A stretch of 64,000 nucleotides of DNA, from contig CAVUWA010000011.1 in assembly GCA_963744995.1 (NCBI GenBank), positions 224,001-288,000 of the forward strand. The letters are read 5' to 3'. The translations under genes and the position numbers were made by a program. Of the stretch, positions 42,133-55,199 are shown piece after piece. The notes under the pieces are model-generated. The model ran no database searches and was not told where the DNA came from. It worked only from the letters and a program-made list of their open reading frames with translations. This stretch comes from Candidatus Eiseniibacteriota bacterium. Its GTDB lineage: Bacteria; Eisenbacteria; RBG-16-71-46. How positions within the stretch are numbered: position 1 is the first letter of the stretch; each line of letters starts with the position of its first letter.

Positions 42133-43052
42133 CAGGGTCGGGCCGTCGCGCCGGCATGGGCGGCGATCGCCACGCGCGCCGTCGTCGCATGGATGCGCAC
42201 GGTGTCCCGGACGTCGCGCGCGTAGCCGCCGCCGAGCGTCACCACCGCCGGAACGCCGCGCGCCGCGCAGCCCCCGAGCACCGCCCGGTCGCGGCGTTCG
42301 AGTCCGTCGAACGACAGCGCCAGCCCGCCGAGTTGATCGTGCACGTAGGGATCCGCGCCGGCCTGGTAGAGCACCAGTTCGGGCGCCGCCGCCCACACCC
42401 GCTCCAGCGCCCCGGCGAGGGCCTGCAAATAGGCGTCGTCGCCGGTGCCGTCGTCGAGGCCGACGTCGAGGTCGCTGTTCTCCTTGAACGCGGGATAGTT
42501 CCGCGCCTGGTGGATCGACAGCGTGAACACGCTGTCGTCGCCTTCGAATATGCGGGCCGTGCCGTTGCCCTGATGGACGTCGAGGTCGACGACCGCGGCG
42601 CGCACGATGCGCCCTTCGTGCTGCATCACGCGGATCGCGACCGCGAGGTCGTTCACGTAGCAGAAGCCCTCCGCCCGGGCGGCGAAGGCATGGTGGAATC
42701 CGCCGCCCAGATGCACCGCCGCCATGCCGTCCAGGGCGGCGCGCGCCGCGTCGATCGTGCCGCCGGCGGCCAGCCGGTAGGCATCGGAGATCGCCTCGCT
42801 GAGCGGCAGCTCCGAGTACATCGTGCGCGGCGTCCAGCGCAGCTGCTCGAGGTCGTCGAGATAGTCCGCCGCATGCACGAGCCCGAGCGCCTCGCGCGCG
42901 GGCATGCGCGGCTCCGCCACGTCGCCTGGCCGGATCGCGCCGGCGGCGAGCAGTGCGTCGAGGGTCATGCGGTACTTGGCCGTCGGGAATACGTGGCGGC
43001 CGATGTCGCAGGCGTAGCGATCGGAGTGGAGCACGCGGACGCGAGGGGGCAT
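42132..43052 (-). CDS. histone deacetylase family protein
   Basis: GGFHHA, GFCYVND, DLDVHQGNG, YQAGAD and LGGGY. Confidence 0.93.
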   Translation of the reverse strand: MPPRVRVLHSDRYACDIGRHVFPTAKYRMTLDALLAAGAIRPGDVAEPRMPAREALGLVHAADYLDDLEQLRWTPRTMYSELPLSEAISDAYRLAAGGTIDAARAALDGMAAVHLGGGFHHAFAARAEGFCYVNDLAVAIRVMQHEGRIVRAAVVDLDVHQGNGTARIFEGDDSVFTLSIHQARNYPAFKENSDLDVGLDDGTGDDAYLQALAGALERVWAAAPELVLYQAGADPYVHDQLGGLALSFDGLERRDRAVLGGCAARGVPAVVTLGGGYARDVRDTVRIHATTARVAIAAHAGATARP

Positions 43053-43254
43053 GGCGGAATCGTGGGCCAACCGGCGTGGTCGCGCAACGGGCACGACGGC
43101 GGCCAGGGCCGCCGCGGCATCCCGCCGCGGCGCCGCAGCTCCGCGGCGCGAGCGGCAGTGCCGGCCGCACGCGGGCTGCGCCTGACAACTCCATGTGGTC
43201 CGGGCGCCGAGCGCCCCTGCCGCGCCCGCACGGCCTCGGCTACAATATGGCCCC

Positions 43255-44472
43255 ATGTCTCACCCCCTCCCTGTATCGCGGGCGGCGTTCCGGCGCCTCG
43301 AGCGGAACCTTGCCCGGCGCCGCTTCGCCGCGATCGATCCGCTGCTGCGCGTCGAGGTCGCGGCGCTCGCGGCCCTCGGCGCCGGCTTCGTGTTCTGGCA
43401 GGTCCGCGTCCCGCTCGATGCGCAGGTGCGCGACGCCGGGCCGATCGCTTTCGTGGTGGCGGCCGGCGTGACGTGGGCCTTCCTCGGCCTGCTCGCGGCC
43501 GCCCTGGCCGGGGCGCGGCTCGGTGCGGCGCTGCGCAGTGCGCCGGCCGGGCCGACGTGGCTGCACCTGCCGCTGCCGCCCGCGGCGATCGAACGCCACC
43601 TGGCCTGGAACGCGGTGGGACAGGCCGTGCCGCTCGGGATCGCCGGCGCGGGGTTCCTCGCCGCAGGCGTCGGGCTCGTTCCGGCGTTCTGGCTGCCGCT
43701 CCTCGGAGCCGCCGGCGCGATGGTGATCTATGCGGGCGCGCGGATCGGCTGCCGGGTCGCGGTGCGGTGGGTGGCGCGGGGCGGACGGCCCGGCTTCGCG
43801 CCGATCGTGCGCGCGCTGACGCTGCGTCACGAGGCCCGCGTGGCCGGCCGCCTGCCGGCCGCCGCCTGGGGCCGTGCCGCGGCATGGCGGGCGATCTTCC
43901 GCAAGGATCGTCGCTGGCTTACGCGCCCCACGCGTGCGCGGCGAATCCTGCCGGCGGCGCTCGGCTTCGCGCTGCTCTCGCTGCTGGCGTGGCGGCTGCC
44001 GGTCGAGCTGCACGCCGCGCGCTTCGGCGCGTTCGCGCTCGCACTGCTCGCCGCCGGCGCGTTCGCGGAATGGCTCATCGAGCTGACCTCTTCGGACCCG
44101 TTCGCGGTGCTCCGCTCCCTGCCGCTCGGCCTGGGCGACGTCTGGGCGGCGCGGGCCGCGTGGGTCGCGGCCGGGGCGTCCGCTCTCGTGCTCGCGCACG
44201 CGATCGCCGGCGCCGGGATCCCCGCTGGAGCCAATCCGGTGTTCCTGATCTGGCTGCTGCTCGCCAGCCTGTGCATCGGCCTGCTCGGGGTCCATTACGG
44301 CATCACGCTGTTCCCGCAGGGTGACGTCGCGACCCGGATGCTCGCGCTCTCGCTCGGGCTCGCGGTGGCGGCGAGCATCATGATCCCGATGGTCGGCTGG
44401 CTGCTGCTGCTCACGGCCGTTCTGCACTCCATGCGCCGGCTGCCGCGCTGGTCGCGGCTCGAGGACCTGTAG
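43255..44472 (+). CDS. putative ABC exporter membrane subunit
   Basis: Multi-TM; abuts the ABC ATPase gene. Confidence 0.65.
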   Translation: MSHPLPVSRAAFRRLERNLARRRFAAIDPLLRVEVAALAALGAGFVFWQVRVPLDAQVRDAGPIAFVVAAGVTWAFLGLLAAALAGARLGAALRSAPAGPTWLHLPLPPAAIERHLAWNAVGQAVPLGIAGAGFLAAGVGLVPAFWLPLLGAAGAMVIYAGARIGCRVAVRWVARGGRPGFAPIVRALTLRHEARVAGRLPAAAWGRAAAWRAIFRKDRRWLTRPTRARRILPAALGFALLSLLAWRLPVELHAARFGAFALALLAAGAFAEWLIELTSSDPFAVLRSLPLGLGDVWAARAAWVAAGASALVLAHAIAGAGIPAGANPVFLIWLLLASLCIGLLGVHYGITLFPQGDVATRMLALSLGLAVAASIMIPMVGWLLLLTAVLHSMRRLPRWSRLEDL

Positions 44473-45209
44473 TGCTCTCGATCGACGGCCTCTCACGCCG
44501 TTACGGCGCGCGGGTCGCGCTCGACGGCGTCTCGCTCGACGTTCCGCGCGGCCGCATCGTCGGCCTGCTCGGCGCCAACGGCGCGGGCAAGAGCACGCTC
44601 ATCCGCACCACCGCGGGGCTGCAGCCGCCCGATGCGGGGCGCGTGTCGGTCGACGGCGTCGACCTCTGGGCGCATCCCGCCGAGGCCAAGCGCGCGCTCG
44701 GCTACGCGCCGGAGGCGCCGTCGTTCTACGAAGAGCTGTCCGCTGCGGAGTACCTTTCGTTCCTCGCCGAGGTGCGCGGGCTCGATCCCGCCGCGGCGCG
44801 GACCGACACCGCCCGCTGGTTCGAGCGCTTCGGCCTCGACGACCGCGCCGACGAGCCGGTGCGGCGCTTTTCCTACGGGATGCGCAAGAAGCTCTCGTTC
44901 GCGGCCGCGATCCTGCACGCGCCGCGCGTGCTGCTCTGCGACGAGGCGCTGGAAGGGTTCGACGCCGGTGCGGCGCTCGCCGCCAAGCAGGCGTTGCGCG
45001 GGCTCGCGGCGGACGGCTGTGCGATCCTGTTCTCGAGCCACGTCACGGAAACGATCGAACGCCTGTGCGATCGCGTCGTCATCCTTCACGAGGGCCGCGT
45101 GGCCCGCCAGCTCGACCGCGACGACTGGGGCGGCGCGGCCCAGGAGCTGTCGCCCCTCGAGCGCCAGTTTCTCGACATTCTCGAACCCTCATCGGAGGTC
45201 ACGGCATGA
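44472..45209 (+). CDS. ABC transporter ATP-binding protein
   Basis: GANGAGKS, FSYGM and LLCDE. Confidence 0.9.
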   Translation: MLSIDGLSRRYGARVALDGVSLDVPRGRIVGLLGANGAGKSTLIRTTAGLQPPDAGRVSVDGVDLWAHPAEAKRALGYAPEAPSFYEELSAAEYLSFLAEVRGLDPAAARTDTARWFERFGLDDRADEPVRRFSYGMRKKLSFAAAILHAPRVLLCDEALEGFDAGAALAAKQALRGLAADGCAILFSSHVTETIERLCDRVVILHEGRVARQLDRDDWGGAAQELSPLERQFLDILEPSSEVTA

Positions 45210-46654
45210 AGGCGATACGGCGCGGATGGGAAACGACGGGGCGCGCGGCGCGCGGCGTGACGGTGGCTCTCGTGCTCGCTGCACCCGCATGGGCGCAGCA
45301 GCACGTCGAGCGTCCCGACGCGATCCTCAGTGAGGCGCGCACGGCCCCCGCCCTGCGCGCGGCGTTGATCGCCCACGCGAAGCACGTCCAGAAGAAGAGT
45401 CCGTTCGAGGCCGCCGACGCGCTCATGTACGCGGGCGAGAGCAGCGACCGCTCCGCGCTGCCCGACAGCGCAGCGATCTGCTACCGCCAGGCGGCCCGGC
45501 TCACCCGCTCCAACGAGCCCGCGCTCGCGCTCACCGATCTGCTGCTGCGCGAGGCGCGCGCGCGCGACCTGCTCGAGGCGTACGAGGTCGTGGCGAACAT
45601 GCTCGGACGCACCCCCCCGGGCGCGGCGGACCGCGGGGACGTAATGTTGCGGGCGATGTGGCTTCAGCACCTCGCGGGCCACCCCGACAGCGCGGCCATC
45701 GCCTACCGGGAAGCCGCCCGTTCGAAGCCGTCGGGCGTCTGGGCCGTGCGCGCCGCACACGTGCTGCTCGACGACATCAAGGACCCGGCGTCTGCGGGCC
45801 GGCTGCTGCTGCCGCTCGAGGTCGCCTCGCGCGGACAGGATCCGGAGGTGCACGGGCTGTTCGTGCGCTCGGTCACCGTGTTCGGGCGCACGCAGGAGAA
45901 GGCGGTCGAGATCGTGAACCGCGAACTCGCCGTGCGCGAGGCCGCCGAGGCTCCGCTGCTTCAGCGGCTCAACGCGAAGCGCCTGCCGTTCAGCGCCTCG
46001 GACGGCTTTCTGCTGTCGTCGGTCGTGCGCCCTGCCCCGGCCGGCGCGCCGGCGGCGGTGGTGATGTCGATGGGTGACACGCTCGCCGACTATGACAGTC
46101 TGATCACGCATCTGAGCGCGAGCGGTTTCGCGGTCATCCTGGTCGACGCGCGGGGGCACGGCTATTCGGTGGGCCCGCCGTGTTCGCTGCCGTTCCGCTG
46201 GGCCGGCCGCGAGCATCAGCTCGAGGAACGGATCGCCCGTGACGCGCTCGAGTCGCTGGAGGCGCTCGGTGATCTCGGCCCGGTGGACACGACGCGCTCC
46301 GTCATCGTGGGGGTCGGCTTCACGGCGCGTGCGGCGCTGCGGGCGGCGGAGCTGCAGCCCCACTTCCGCGCGATCGTGCTGGCGAGCCCGGAACCCGCGC
46401 GCGTGGACCGCGGACTGATGATCGCTTCCATGGCGCGCCTGAAGCGTCCGGCGTTCATCCAGACCGCGCCCGAAGACCTCGTCCAGCTGTACTACTTCGC
46501 CGACGCGCTGTATCAGGCCGGCGACCGGCGCGGATCCCGCGTGTCGTCCGGCAAATCCGTCGGACGCTTCGCCGCCCAGTTCAACCGCGACGGCCCGTCG
46601 GGGGTGCGACTGCGGCGCTGGCTCGCGGACGTCATGCCTGCCGCGAAACGCTGA
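45206..46654 (+). CDS. secreted protein: helical (TPR-like) N-terminus plus alpha/beta-hydrolase-fold domain
   Basis: Signal peptide AWA-Q; GFAVILVDARGHGYS; nucleophile elbow reads GVGFT. Confidence 0.7.
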   Translation: MKAIRRGWETTGRAARGVTVALVLAAPAWAQQHVERPDAILSEARTAPALRAALIAHAKHVQKKSPFEAADALMYAGESSDRSALPDSAAICYRQAARLTRSNEPALALTDLLLREARARDLLEAYEVVANMLGRTPPGAADRGDVMLRAMWLQHLAGHPDSAAIAYREAARSKPSGVWAVRAAHVLLDDIKDPASAGRLLLPLEVASRGQDPEVHGLFVRSVTVFGRTQEKAVEIVNRELAVREAAEAPLLQRLNAKRLPFSASDGFLLSSVVRPAPAGAPAAVVMSMGDTLADYDSLITHLSASGFAVILVDARGHGYSVGPPCSLPFRWAGREHQLEERIARDALESLEALGDLGPVDTTRSVIVGVGFTARAALRAAELQPHFRAIVLASPEPARVDRGLMIASMARLKRPAFIQTAPEDLVQLYYFADALYQAGDRRGSRVSSGKSVGRFAAQFNRDGPSGVRLRRWLADVMPAAKR

Positions 46655-47543
46655 GCGCCGCGCGGCGCTGGCGACGGGCGGCGTCCCCCTCGACGAACAG
46701 CACCGAGAGCAGAATCAGGAGGGCGCCGATCCACCAGCGCAGCTCGAAACGCTCGCCGCCGGTCACGATCGCGAAGACCAGCGCGAACAGCGGCTCGAGC
46801 GCGAACAGCAGGCCCACCCGCCCGGGCGGCAGCGTCCGCTGCGCCAGCACCTGGCAGAGCGGCGCCAGCATGCTGGCCGCGACGATCAGGTAGCCGACCC
46901 GCAGCCATCCCGCCGTCCCGAGCGCGGCGACGGCCGCCGCCGTGCCGCCCGCGAACGGCAGCAGGACGAGCGCCACGGTGAAGCTCTGCGCGGTCACCAT
47001 GAGCGCGCCGTCGGCGCGCGCGGCGTAGCGGGCGACCATGACGATCTGCAGCGCGTACATCACCGCGCCGAGCAGCGTCCACGCCTCGCCGACGCCGACC
47101 CGGAACCCGCGCTGCAGGGTGAGCAGCGCGGCGCCCGCGAGCGCGACGCCGATCCCGGCGAGCAGCACCGGCTGCGGGCGCTGGCGCAGGATCGGCCACG
47201 CGAAGAACGCCGCGAACAACGTGGCCGCGCAGGTGAGGAACGCCGAGCTTCCCGCGGTGGTGCTCTCGAGCCCGATCGCCTGGAACAGGTAGCCGCCCGT
47301 CATGAAGAGCCCGGACACGATGCCGCCCTCGATCGAGACGCGGTCCGGTGCGCGCCGCCGCAGCAGGACCACCGGCAGGTAGAGGAATCCCGCGAGGCCG
47401 AAGCGCAGGAAGACCAGCACCAGCGGCGGCATCGTCGCGACGGTGTCGCGGATCACGACGAACGTGCCGCCCCAGATGAACGTGGCGAGCACCATCAGGA
47501 GCACGCCCGTATGTTCCGGCCGGACGCCGCGGGAGACGGTCAC
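46632..47543 (-). CDS. EamA/DMT family transporter
   Basis: IWGGTFVV, RFGLA and LEPLFA; ~10 TMs. Confidence 0.9.
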   Translation of the reverse strand: MTVSRGVRPEHTGVLLMVLATFIWGGTFVVIRDTVATMPPLVLVFLRFGLAGFLYLPVVLLRRRAPDRVSIEGGIVSGLFMTGGYLFQAIGLESTTAGSSAFLTCAATLFAAFFAWPILRQRPQPVLLAGIGVALAGAALLTLQRGFRVGVGEAWTLLGAVMYALQIVMVARYAARADGALMVTAQSFTVALVLLPFAGGTAAAVAALGTAGWLRVGYLIVAASMLAPLCQVLAQRTLPPGRVGLLFALEPLFALVFAIVTGGERFELRWWIGALLILLSVLFVEGDAARRQRRAALSVSRQA

Positions 47544-47553
47544 GGCGATACGA

Positions 47554-48213
47554 TCAACCGGGGTCGCGCGCCGCGCGCCGGCGCCGCGGGGCGCGCGCCT
47601 GGGTGAGCGCGAACGACAGGCTCTCGAACTCCACCGTCATGTCCACGTCCCGCAGCGACACGCCGGGCGGCACGAACAGCTTGCGCGGCGCGAAGTTCAG
47701 GATGCCGTGCACGCCGGCTGCGACCAGCGCGTCCGCCACGGCCTGCGCCGCGCGCCCCGGGGTCGCGATCACGCCGATCTCGATGCCGCGCGAGGCCGCC
47801 ACGCCCGCGAGGGTCGCGATGTCGAGCACTTCGAGCGGGCCCAGCGAATGGCCGATGCGCTTCGGATCCGCGTCGAACACGGCGACGACGTCGAAGCCCT
47901 GCTCGGCGAACCCGCCGTAGGACAGCAGCGCGGCGCCGATGTTGCCCGCCCCCACGACCGCGACCTTCCAGCGGCGGTCGACGCCGAGGATCGCGCCGAT
48001 CTCCTCGCGAAGGTGCTGAACGCTGTAGCCGAGGCCGCGGCGTCCGAAGGAACCGAAGTAGGACAGGTCCTTGCGCACCTGGGCCGAAGTGATGCCCTCG
48101 CGCTCGGCGAGCCGCCGCGAGGAGATCATGCGTTTGCCTTCGCCCGCGACCTCTTCGAGGACGCGGTAGTAATGCGAGAGGCGGCGAACCGTCGATTCCG
48201 AGATGCGGGCCAT
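47554..48213 (-). CDS. rex: redox-sensing transcriptional repressor Rex
   Basis: TVRRLSHY, QVRKDLSYFG, GAGNIG and ILNFAP. Confidence 0.95.
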   Translation of the reverse strand: MARISESTVRRLSHYYRVLEEVAGEGKRMISSRRLAEREGITSAQVRKDLSYFGSFGRRGLGYSVQHLREEIGAILGVDRRWKVAVVGAGNIGAALLSYGGFAEQGFDVVAVFDADPKRIGHSLGPLEVLDIATLAGVAASRGIEIGVIATPGRAAQAVADALVAAGVHGILNFAPRKLFVPPGVSLRDVDMTVEFESLSFALTQARAPRRRRAARDPG

Positions 48214-48256
48214 GCATTCCCGCGCGGCGGGCCCGGGTCCGGGCGGCCGCGCTCCA

Positions 48257-48274
48257 CTGTGAAAAGATTCACAA
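48257..48274. promoter_or_regulatory. Rex operator (autoregulation)
   Basis: cTGTGAA-aaga-TTCACAA, 1 mismatch to TTGTGAA-N4-TTCACAA, 44 bp upstream of rex. Confidence 0.85.
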
Positions 48275-48332
48275 TCCCTGCCGCCGAAACGCCGCGGGTC
48301 ACGATCGCCCCGCGGCGTCCTGCGGCTTTCGG

Positions 48333-50885
48333 CTATGCGTCGGCGTCTTCGGCGTCGCCGGCGTCGGTTTCGCTCGCCGCGTCACTGCCCTCGAGCGCGC
48401 CCATGACTTCGGGGCCTTCGACCTCGTCCCCTTCCTCGCTCACCATCCGCGTGACCGCCGTGACCTTGTCGGCGAAGAGCTGCTTCTCTCCCGCCGCCGC
48501 GAGGTTCACGAGCCGCACGCCCTGGGTATTGCGACCGAGCACCGAGATGCCCTTGACCGGCATCCGGATCAGCTGGCCCGAGCGCGTGATGATCATCAGC
48601 TCGTCACCGTCGACGACTTCCTTCACGGCGATCACGTCGCCGTTCCGCTCGGTCGTCTTGATGGTGATGATGCCCTTGCCGCCGCGGTGCGACAGCCGGT
48701 ACTCGGCCACCTCGCTGCGCTTGCCGTAGCCGTTCTCGGTCACGGTGAGCAGCGAGGCCTGACGCTTCACCGCCACCATGTCGACGACTTCGTCGTCGGA
48801 GGCGTCGAGCGAAACGCCCTTCACGCCGCGCGCCGTGCGGCCCATCGCCCGCACCTCGTTCTCGTGGAAGCGGATCGCGAGACCCTTCTTCTTGCCGAGA
48901 ATGACGTCCTGCGTGCCGTCGGTGATCACGGCCTCGATCAGCTCGTCGCCATCGGCCAGCAGCACGGCATGGATCCCGCCGCGACGCGGCCGGCCATAGG
49001 CCGACAGCACGGTCTTCTTGATGATGCCCTTCTTCGTCGCGCAGACCAGAAAGTGCTGCTCGTCGAACTCCTTCACCGGCACGACCGCCTGCACGCGTTC
49101 GTCGCGGCCGAGACCTTCGAGATAGTTGACCAGCGGCCGGCCGCGCGCGACGCGTCCGGCCTGATCGATCTCGTGCACCTTGAGCCAGTGGCAGCGCCCC
49201 TTGTCCGTGAGGATCAGCAGATGTGCGTGGGTGTTCGCCACGAAGAGGTGCTCGACGTAGTCCTCTTCCTTGGTGCGCGCGCCGATCACGCCCTTCCCGC
49301 CGCGGCGCTGCGAGCGGTACGAGTTGATCTCCTGGCGCTTGATGTAGCCCGAGTGCGAGACGGTAATGACCATGTCCTTCTGCTCGATCGTGTCCTCGTA
49401 GCCGATCTCGCCTTCCTCGCCCATGATCGCCGTGCGGCGCTCGTCGCCATACTTCTCCTTCAGCGTGCGGACCTCGTCCTGGATGATCGCGAGCATCTTC
49501 TTCTCGCTCGCGAGGATGCCCTTCAGTCGTTCGATCAGCTTGATGACCTCCAGGTACTCCTCCTCGACCTTCCTGCGCTCAAGGCCGGTGAGGCGCTGCA
49601 GCCGCATGTCGAGGATGGCGTTGGCCTGGATTTCGCTCAGCTTGAAGGTTCTGATGAGACCGCCGCGCGCCGTCTCGACGTCCTTCGAACTGCGGATCAG
49701 CGCGATCACCTCGTCGAGATGGTCGAGCGCGATCTTCAGCCCCTCGAGGATGTGGGCGCGGCGTTCGGCCTCGGCGAGGTCGAACTCGGTCCGGCGCCGC
49801 ACGACCTCGCGGCGATGCCGGACGTACTCGTCGAGCAACGCCCGCAGGTGCAGCACCTGGGGCCGGTTGTCGACCAGCCCGAGCATGATCGCGCCGAAGG
49901 TGGTCTGCAGCGGCGAATGCACGAAGAGCTGATTCAGCACGACCTTCGGGTTCGCGTCCTTCTTGAGCTCGATCACCACGCGCATGCCGTCGCGATCGGA
50001 CTCGTCGCGCAGGTCGCTGATGCCGGTGACCTTTCCGCTGCGCACCAGATCCGCGATCTTCTCGAGCAACGCCGCCTTGTTGACCTGGAACGGGATCTCG
50101 GTCGCGACCAGGCTCATGCGACCGGCGCGCCCCTCCTCGACCTGGACGCGCGCGCGCACGCGCAGCAGTCCACGACCGGTGGTGATGCAGTCGCGGATGC
50201 CCTGCCGGCCGTAGATGATTCCCCCGGTCGGGAAGTCCGGACCCTTGACGATCTCCATCAGGTCTTCCGCGGTGGTCGCGGGCTCGTCGATGACCCGCAC
50301 GATCGCGTCACAGATCTCGCTGAGGTTGTGCGGCGGCACCTCCGTCGCCATGCCGACCGCGATGCCCGACGCACCGTTGATGAGCAGGTTCGGGACGACC
50401 GACGGCAGCACCACGGGTTCTTCGCGCGTTTCGTCGTAGTTGGGGCGGAAGTCGACGGTGTTTCTCTCGAGATCGTTCAGCATCTCCACGGCGATCGGTG
50501 TGAGTCGCGCCTCCGTGTATCGCATCGCCGCCGGCGCGTCGCCGTCGATCGAGCCGAAGTTGCCCTGGCCGTCGACCAGCGGATAACGCATCGCCCACGG
50601 CTGGGCGAGACGCACCAGGGTCGGGTAGACGACCTGTTCGCCGTGCGGGTGGTAGTTGCCCGACGTGTCGCCGGCGATCTTCGCGCACTTGCGGTAGCCG
50701 CGACCGGGACGCAGGTTGAGGTCGTTCATCGCGACCAGAATGCGCCGCTGCGAAGGCTTGAGACCGTCGCGCACGTCCGGGAGCGCGCGGGAGACGATGA
50801 CCGACATCGAGTAGTCGATGTAGCTGGTCTTCATCTCGTCTTCGATCTGGGTGTCGACGATCCTCGATCGATCGTTCAGTGCCAT
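48333..50885 (-). CDS. gyrA: DNA gyrase subunit A
   Basis: YHPHG, AAMRYTE and GyrA-box QRRGGKG. Confidence 0.97.
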   Translation of the reverse strand: MALNDRSRIVDTQIEDEMKTSYIDYSMSVIVSRALPDVRDGLKPSQRRILVAMNDLNLRPGRGYRKCAKIAGDTSGNYHPHGEQVVYPTLVRLAQPWAMRYPLVDGQGNFGSIDGDAPAAMRYTEARLTPIAVEMLNDLERNTVDFRPNYDETREEPVVLPSVVPNLLINGASGIAVGMATEVPPHNLSEICDAIVRVIDEPATTAEDLMEIVKGPDFPTGGIIYGRQGIRDCITTGRGLLRVRARVQVEEGRAGRMSLVATEIPFQVNKAALLEKIADLVRSGKVTGISDLRDESDRDGMRVVIELKKDANPKVVLNQLFVHSPLQTTFGAIMLGLVDNRPQVLHLRALLDEYVRHRREVVRRRTEFDLAEAERRAHILEGLKIALDHLDEVIALIRSSKDVETARGGLIRTFKLSEIQANAILDMRLQRLTGLERRKVEEEYLEVIKLIERLKGILASEKKMLAIIQDEVRTLKEKYGDERRTAIMGEEGEIGYEDTIEQKDMVITVSHSGYIKRQEINSYRSQRRGGKGVIGARTKEEDYVEHLFVANTHAHLLILTDKGRCHWLKVHEIDQAGRVARGRPLVNYLEGLGRDERVQAVVPVKEFDEQHFLVCATKKGIIKKTVLSAYGRPRRGGIHAVLLADGDELIEAVITDGTQDVILGKKKGLAIRFHENEVRAMGRTARGVKGVSLDASDDEVVDMVAVKRQASLLTVTENGYGKRSEVAEYRLSHRGGKGIITIKTTERNGDVIAVKEVVDGDELMIITRSGQLIRMPVKGISVLGRNTQGVRLVNLAAAGEKQLFADKVTAVTRMVSEEGDEVEGPEVMGALEGSDAASETDAGDAEDADA

Positions 50886-50958
50886 GGCGTCCTTTCACGC
50901 GCCGGCGGTTCGGGCCCGCCCCGCGCTCGTCCTTCACGTCCGGCGTTCCGTCGCCGGT

Positions 50959-51549
50959 CTAGCGGAAGCTCCAGTCCACGGCCCATCCGACGTACCGCCC
51001 GATGCGGTCGTTGAACAGCCGGTGATAGCGAATCGAGGCGCCGATCGCGTGGTGGTCGTTGACCGCGCGACGAACGCCTCCGGCGAGACTGAACCCGGTA
51101 CTGCTCACGCGGCGCTCGATGTGCCCGCGGAGGTCGTCCGCCACGTTGTAGTAGCCCCATGTCCCGCTGACGTAGGGCATCCAGGTCACGAGCGAGCCCC
51201 ACTCGCGGTCGAGTCGCCACGCCGCGCCGAGCACGTACGTGTGGCCGAGCTCGGTCGTCCCGAGGTCGGTGCCGTCGTTCGGATCGCGCAGCGTACCGAA
51301 CGTCTCTCCCATGTCGTCGGCGAACAGCATCACGCCGAACGCATAGCGATCCTCGACCGGCCACATCGGCGACAGTGAAACGGACCAGCCACCCGCATCG
51401 GGCGTGCCGGAAATCGCGGTCGCGCCGCCGAGCGTGGTCTCGAGCCCGGGCATCGCGCCGGCCGCCGCCGGCCCGGCCGGCCACGCCGCCGCCAGCATCG
51501 CGATCGCGATCACCGGCGCCCAGCGCCCTTTCATCGAACGCCGGCCCAT
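50959..51549 (-). CDS. small outer-membrane beta-barrel protein
   Basis: Signal peptide; amphipathic strands; ends VDWSFR; alternative start 51534. Confidence 0.7.
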   Translation of the reverse strand: MGRRSMKGRWAPVIAIAMLAAAWPAGPAAAGAMPGLETTLGGATAISGTPDAGGWSVSLSPMWPVEDRYAFGVMLFADDMGETFGTLRDPNDGTDLGTTELGHTYVLGAAWRLDREWGSLVTWMPYVSGTWGYYNVADDLRGHIERRVSSTGFSLAGGVRRAVNDHHAIGASIRYHRLFNDRIGRYVGWAVDWSFR

Positions 51550-53484
<1,935 letters not shown>

Positions 53485-53618
53485 TCAGCTCCCGAGAGAA
53501 CCCTTCCCCGCCGTGCGGGAGTCCCTGCGTTGACTCGGACGCTCGTCACTGCGACCCACCCTTCGATCCGGCCCGTCCGTCCCTTGTCCTGCCCATCCGC
53601 CATCGCCGCCGCGACCCT

Positions 53619-53930
53619 CTAATGCCGCCAGGCCGCGTGACCGCGCGGCACCACGAAGCGCACGTCGCGGACGTGGTCGCCCCCGAGTTGCCGGTTGACC
53701 TGTTCGATCAGATGGCGCTTGAGAAAACCGAGTTCGTGCATCCAGGCCGATCCTTCGACCTCGACATGCAGAATGCCGTCGCGGCAGGCAATGGCCCGGG
53801 TGTGGCTCGCCACGCGAGGCCCCACGATCTGGGCCCATTCGCGCACGGCTTGCCACCCCAGTACGTCCTGTTCGAGCCCGAGATCGCGCAGTACGCGCGA
53901 GAGAACGCGGGCGACTGATTCCATGCTCAA
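53619..53930 (-). CDS. dciA: DciA/DUF721 helicase-loader family protein
   Basis: WAQIVGPRVASHT...SAWMHEL; position between dnaN and gyrB; alternative ATG 53924. Confidence 0.82.
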   Translation of the reverse strand: MSMESVARVLSRVLRDLGLEQDVLGWQAVREWAQIVGPRVASHTRAIACRDGILHVEVEGSAWMHELGFLKRHLIEQVNRQLGGDHVRDVRFVVPRGHAAWRH

Positions 53931-55075
53931 CCTGCGGAGTCGGGGAGCCGCAGGGGCATGATCAGGCAGAGCAGTCCTTCGTCTTGCTCGGGCAGGGCTC
54001 CAACGGGCTCGACCACCCCTGCCGCCAGCGCCGTGTTGAGTCTGAATACGACCTCTTCGGTCGGAATGCTGCGCAGGATGTCCAGCAGATATCCCGCGTT
54101 GTAACCGATTTCCATGTCGTCACCGCTGTAGCGGGCGTCGATCTCCTGCTCGCCGGCGCCGAGCTCGGTCGCCGAGGACACACCGAGCCTGTCCTTGTGC
54201 ACCGAGAAGCGCACCTGCCGCGTGACGTTGTCCGCGTGCGAGGCGACGATGTCCACCGCCTGGATCAGATCATGGCGCCGCGCGATCATCTCGTGCGGAT
54301 TGCTCTTCGGGATCACCTGCTCGTAGTTCGGATAAGGCCCCTCGAGCAGGCGCGTCATGATCTGCACCCGGTACTCGCCGACCTGCGCGCTGAACCCGGC
54401 CTGGTTCTTGCCGCCGGCGATCTCGATCTCGACCGGGCTCGTGGCTTCTTCCGCCGTGCGGCTCACCGCCTGCAGTGCACGGCTCGGAATGATCACCCCG
54501 TCCTTCCCGAGTCCCCCGAACGCGCCGCTGCGCGCAGCGCGCGCCAGCCGGTGGCCGTCGGTCGACACGAACAGCAGCTGCTTGTCGCCGCCCTGCAGCA
54601 GAACACCGTTGAGCTGCGGTCGCGTCTCCTCGGTCGAGGCGGCGTAGCCGGTGCGCCCGATCAGGCGCGAGAGCACGTCGCCGCCGAGCGAGACGGTCGC
54701 TTCGGCCTTGAGCTCGGGAATGCGCGGGAAGTCCGCGGCGTCCTGGGTCGGGAACTTCGACCAGCCCTTGCCGTCGCCGTACTTGACCACGCACTGATTG
54801 TTCTCGATCGAAACCGTCAGCACGCCCTTCGGCATCTTGCGGACGACTTCGTTGAAGTGGCGCGCCGAAACCGCCGCGCGCCCGGCCTGCTTCACGTCGC
54901 ACGGGACGAGCACCGACGTCGTGACGTCGAGATCGGTCCCCGTCAGGCGCAGGCCCTCCTTGCCGGCGTCGATCAGGATGCAGCTCAAGAGCGGAAGCGG
55001 GCTCTTGCTGGACACCGATCCGAGCGCACGGGCCACGCCGAAAGCGAGATCGCCCTGCTGAATCGTCAATTGCAT
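53927..55075 (-). CDS. dnaN: DNA polymerase III beta sliding clamp
   Basis: TGTDLD, STDGHRL, YPNYEQVIP and LIMPLR. Confidence 0.96.
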   Translation of the reverse strand: MQLTIQQGDLAFGVARALGSVSSKSPLPLLSCILIDAGKEGLRLTGTDLDVTTSVLVPCDVKQAGRAAVSARHFNEVVRKMPKGVLTVSIENNQCVVKYGDGKGWSKFPTQDAADFPRIPELKAEATVSLGGDVLSRLIGRTGYAASTEETRPQLNGVLLQGGDKQLLFVSTDGHRLARAARSGAFGGLGKDGVIIPSRALQAVSRTAEEATSPVEIEIAGGKNQAGFSAQVGEYRVQIMTRLLEGPYPNYEQVIPKSNPHEMIARRHDLIQAVDIVASHADNVTRQVRFSVHKDRLGVSSATELGAGEQEIDARYSGDDMEIGYNAGYLLDILRSIPTEEVVFRLNTALAAGVVEPVGALPEQDEGLLCLIMPLRLPDSAG

Positions 55076-55199
55076 GCTGTCATTCCCTGACTTTCGGGAA
55101 CTCGAAGTCCCGTCAGTGTTTCCGGGAGCCGCGTATGTGCTGGTAGGGGTATTCATCGGGATGGCCCGCATCATATGCGCGAGAGTTTTCCCCTGCAAG

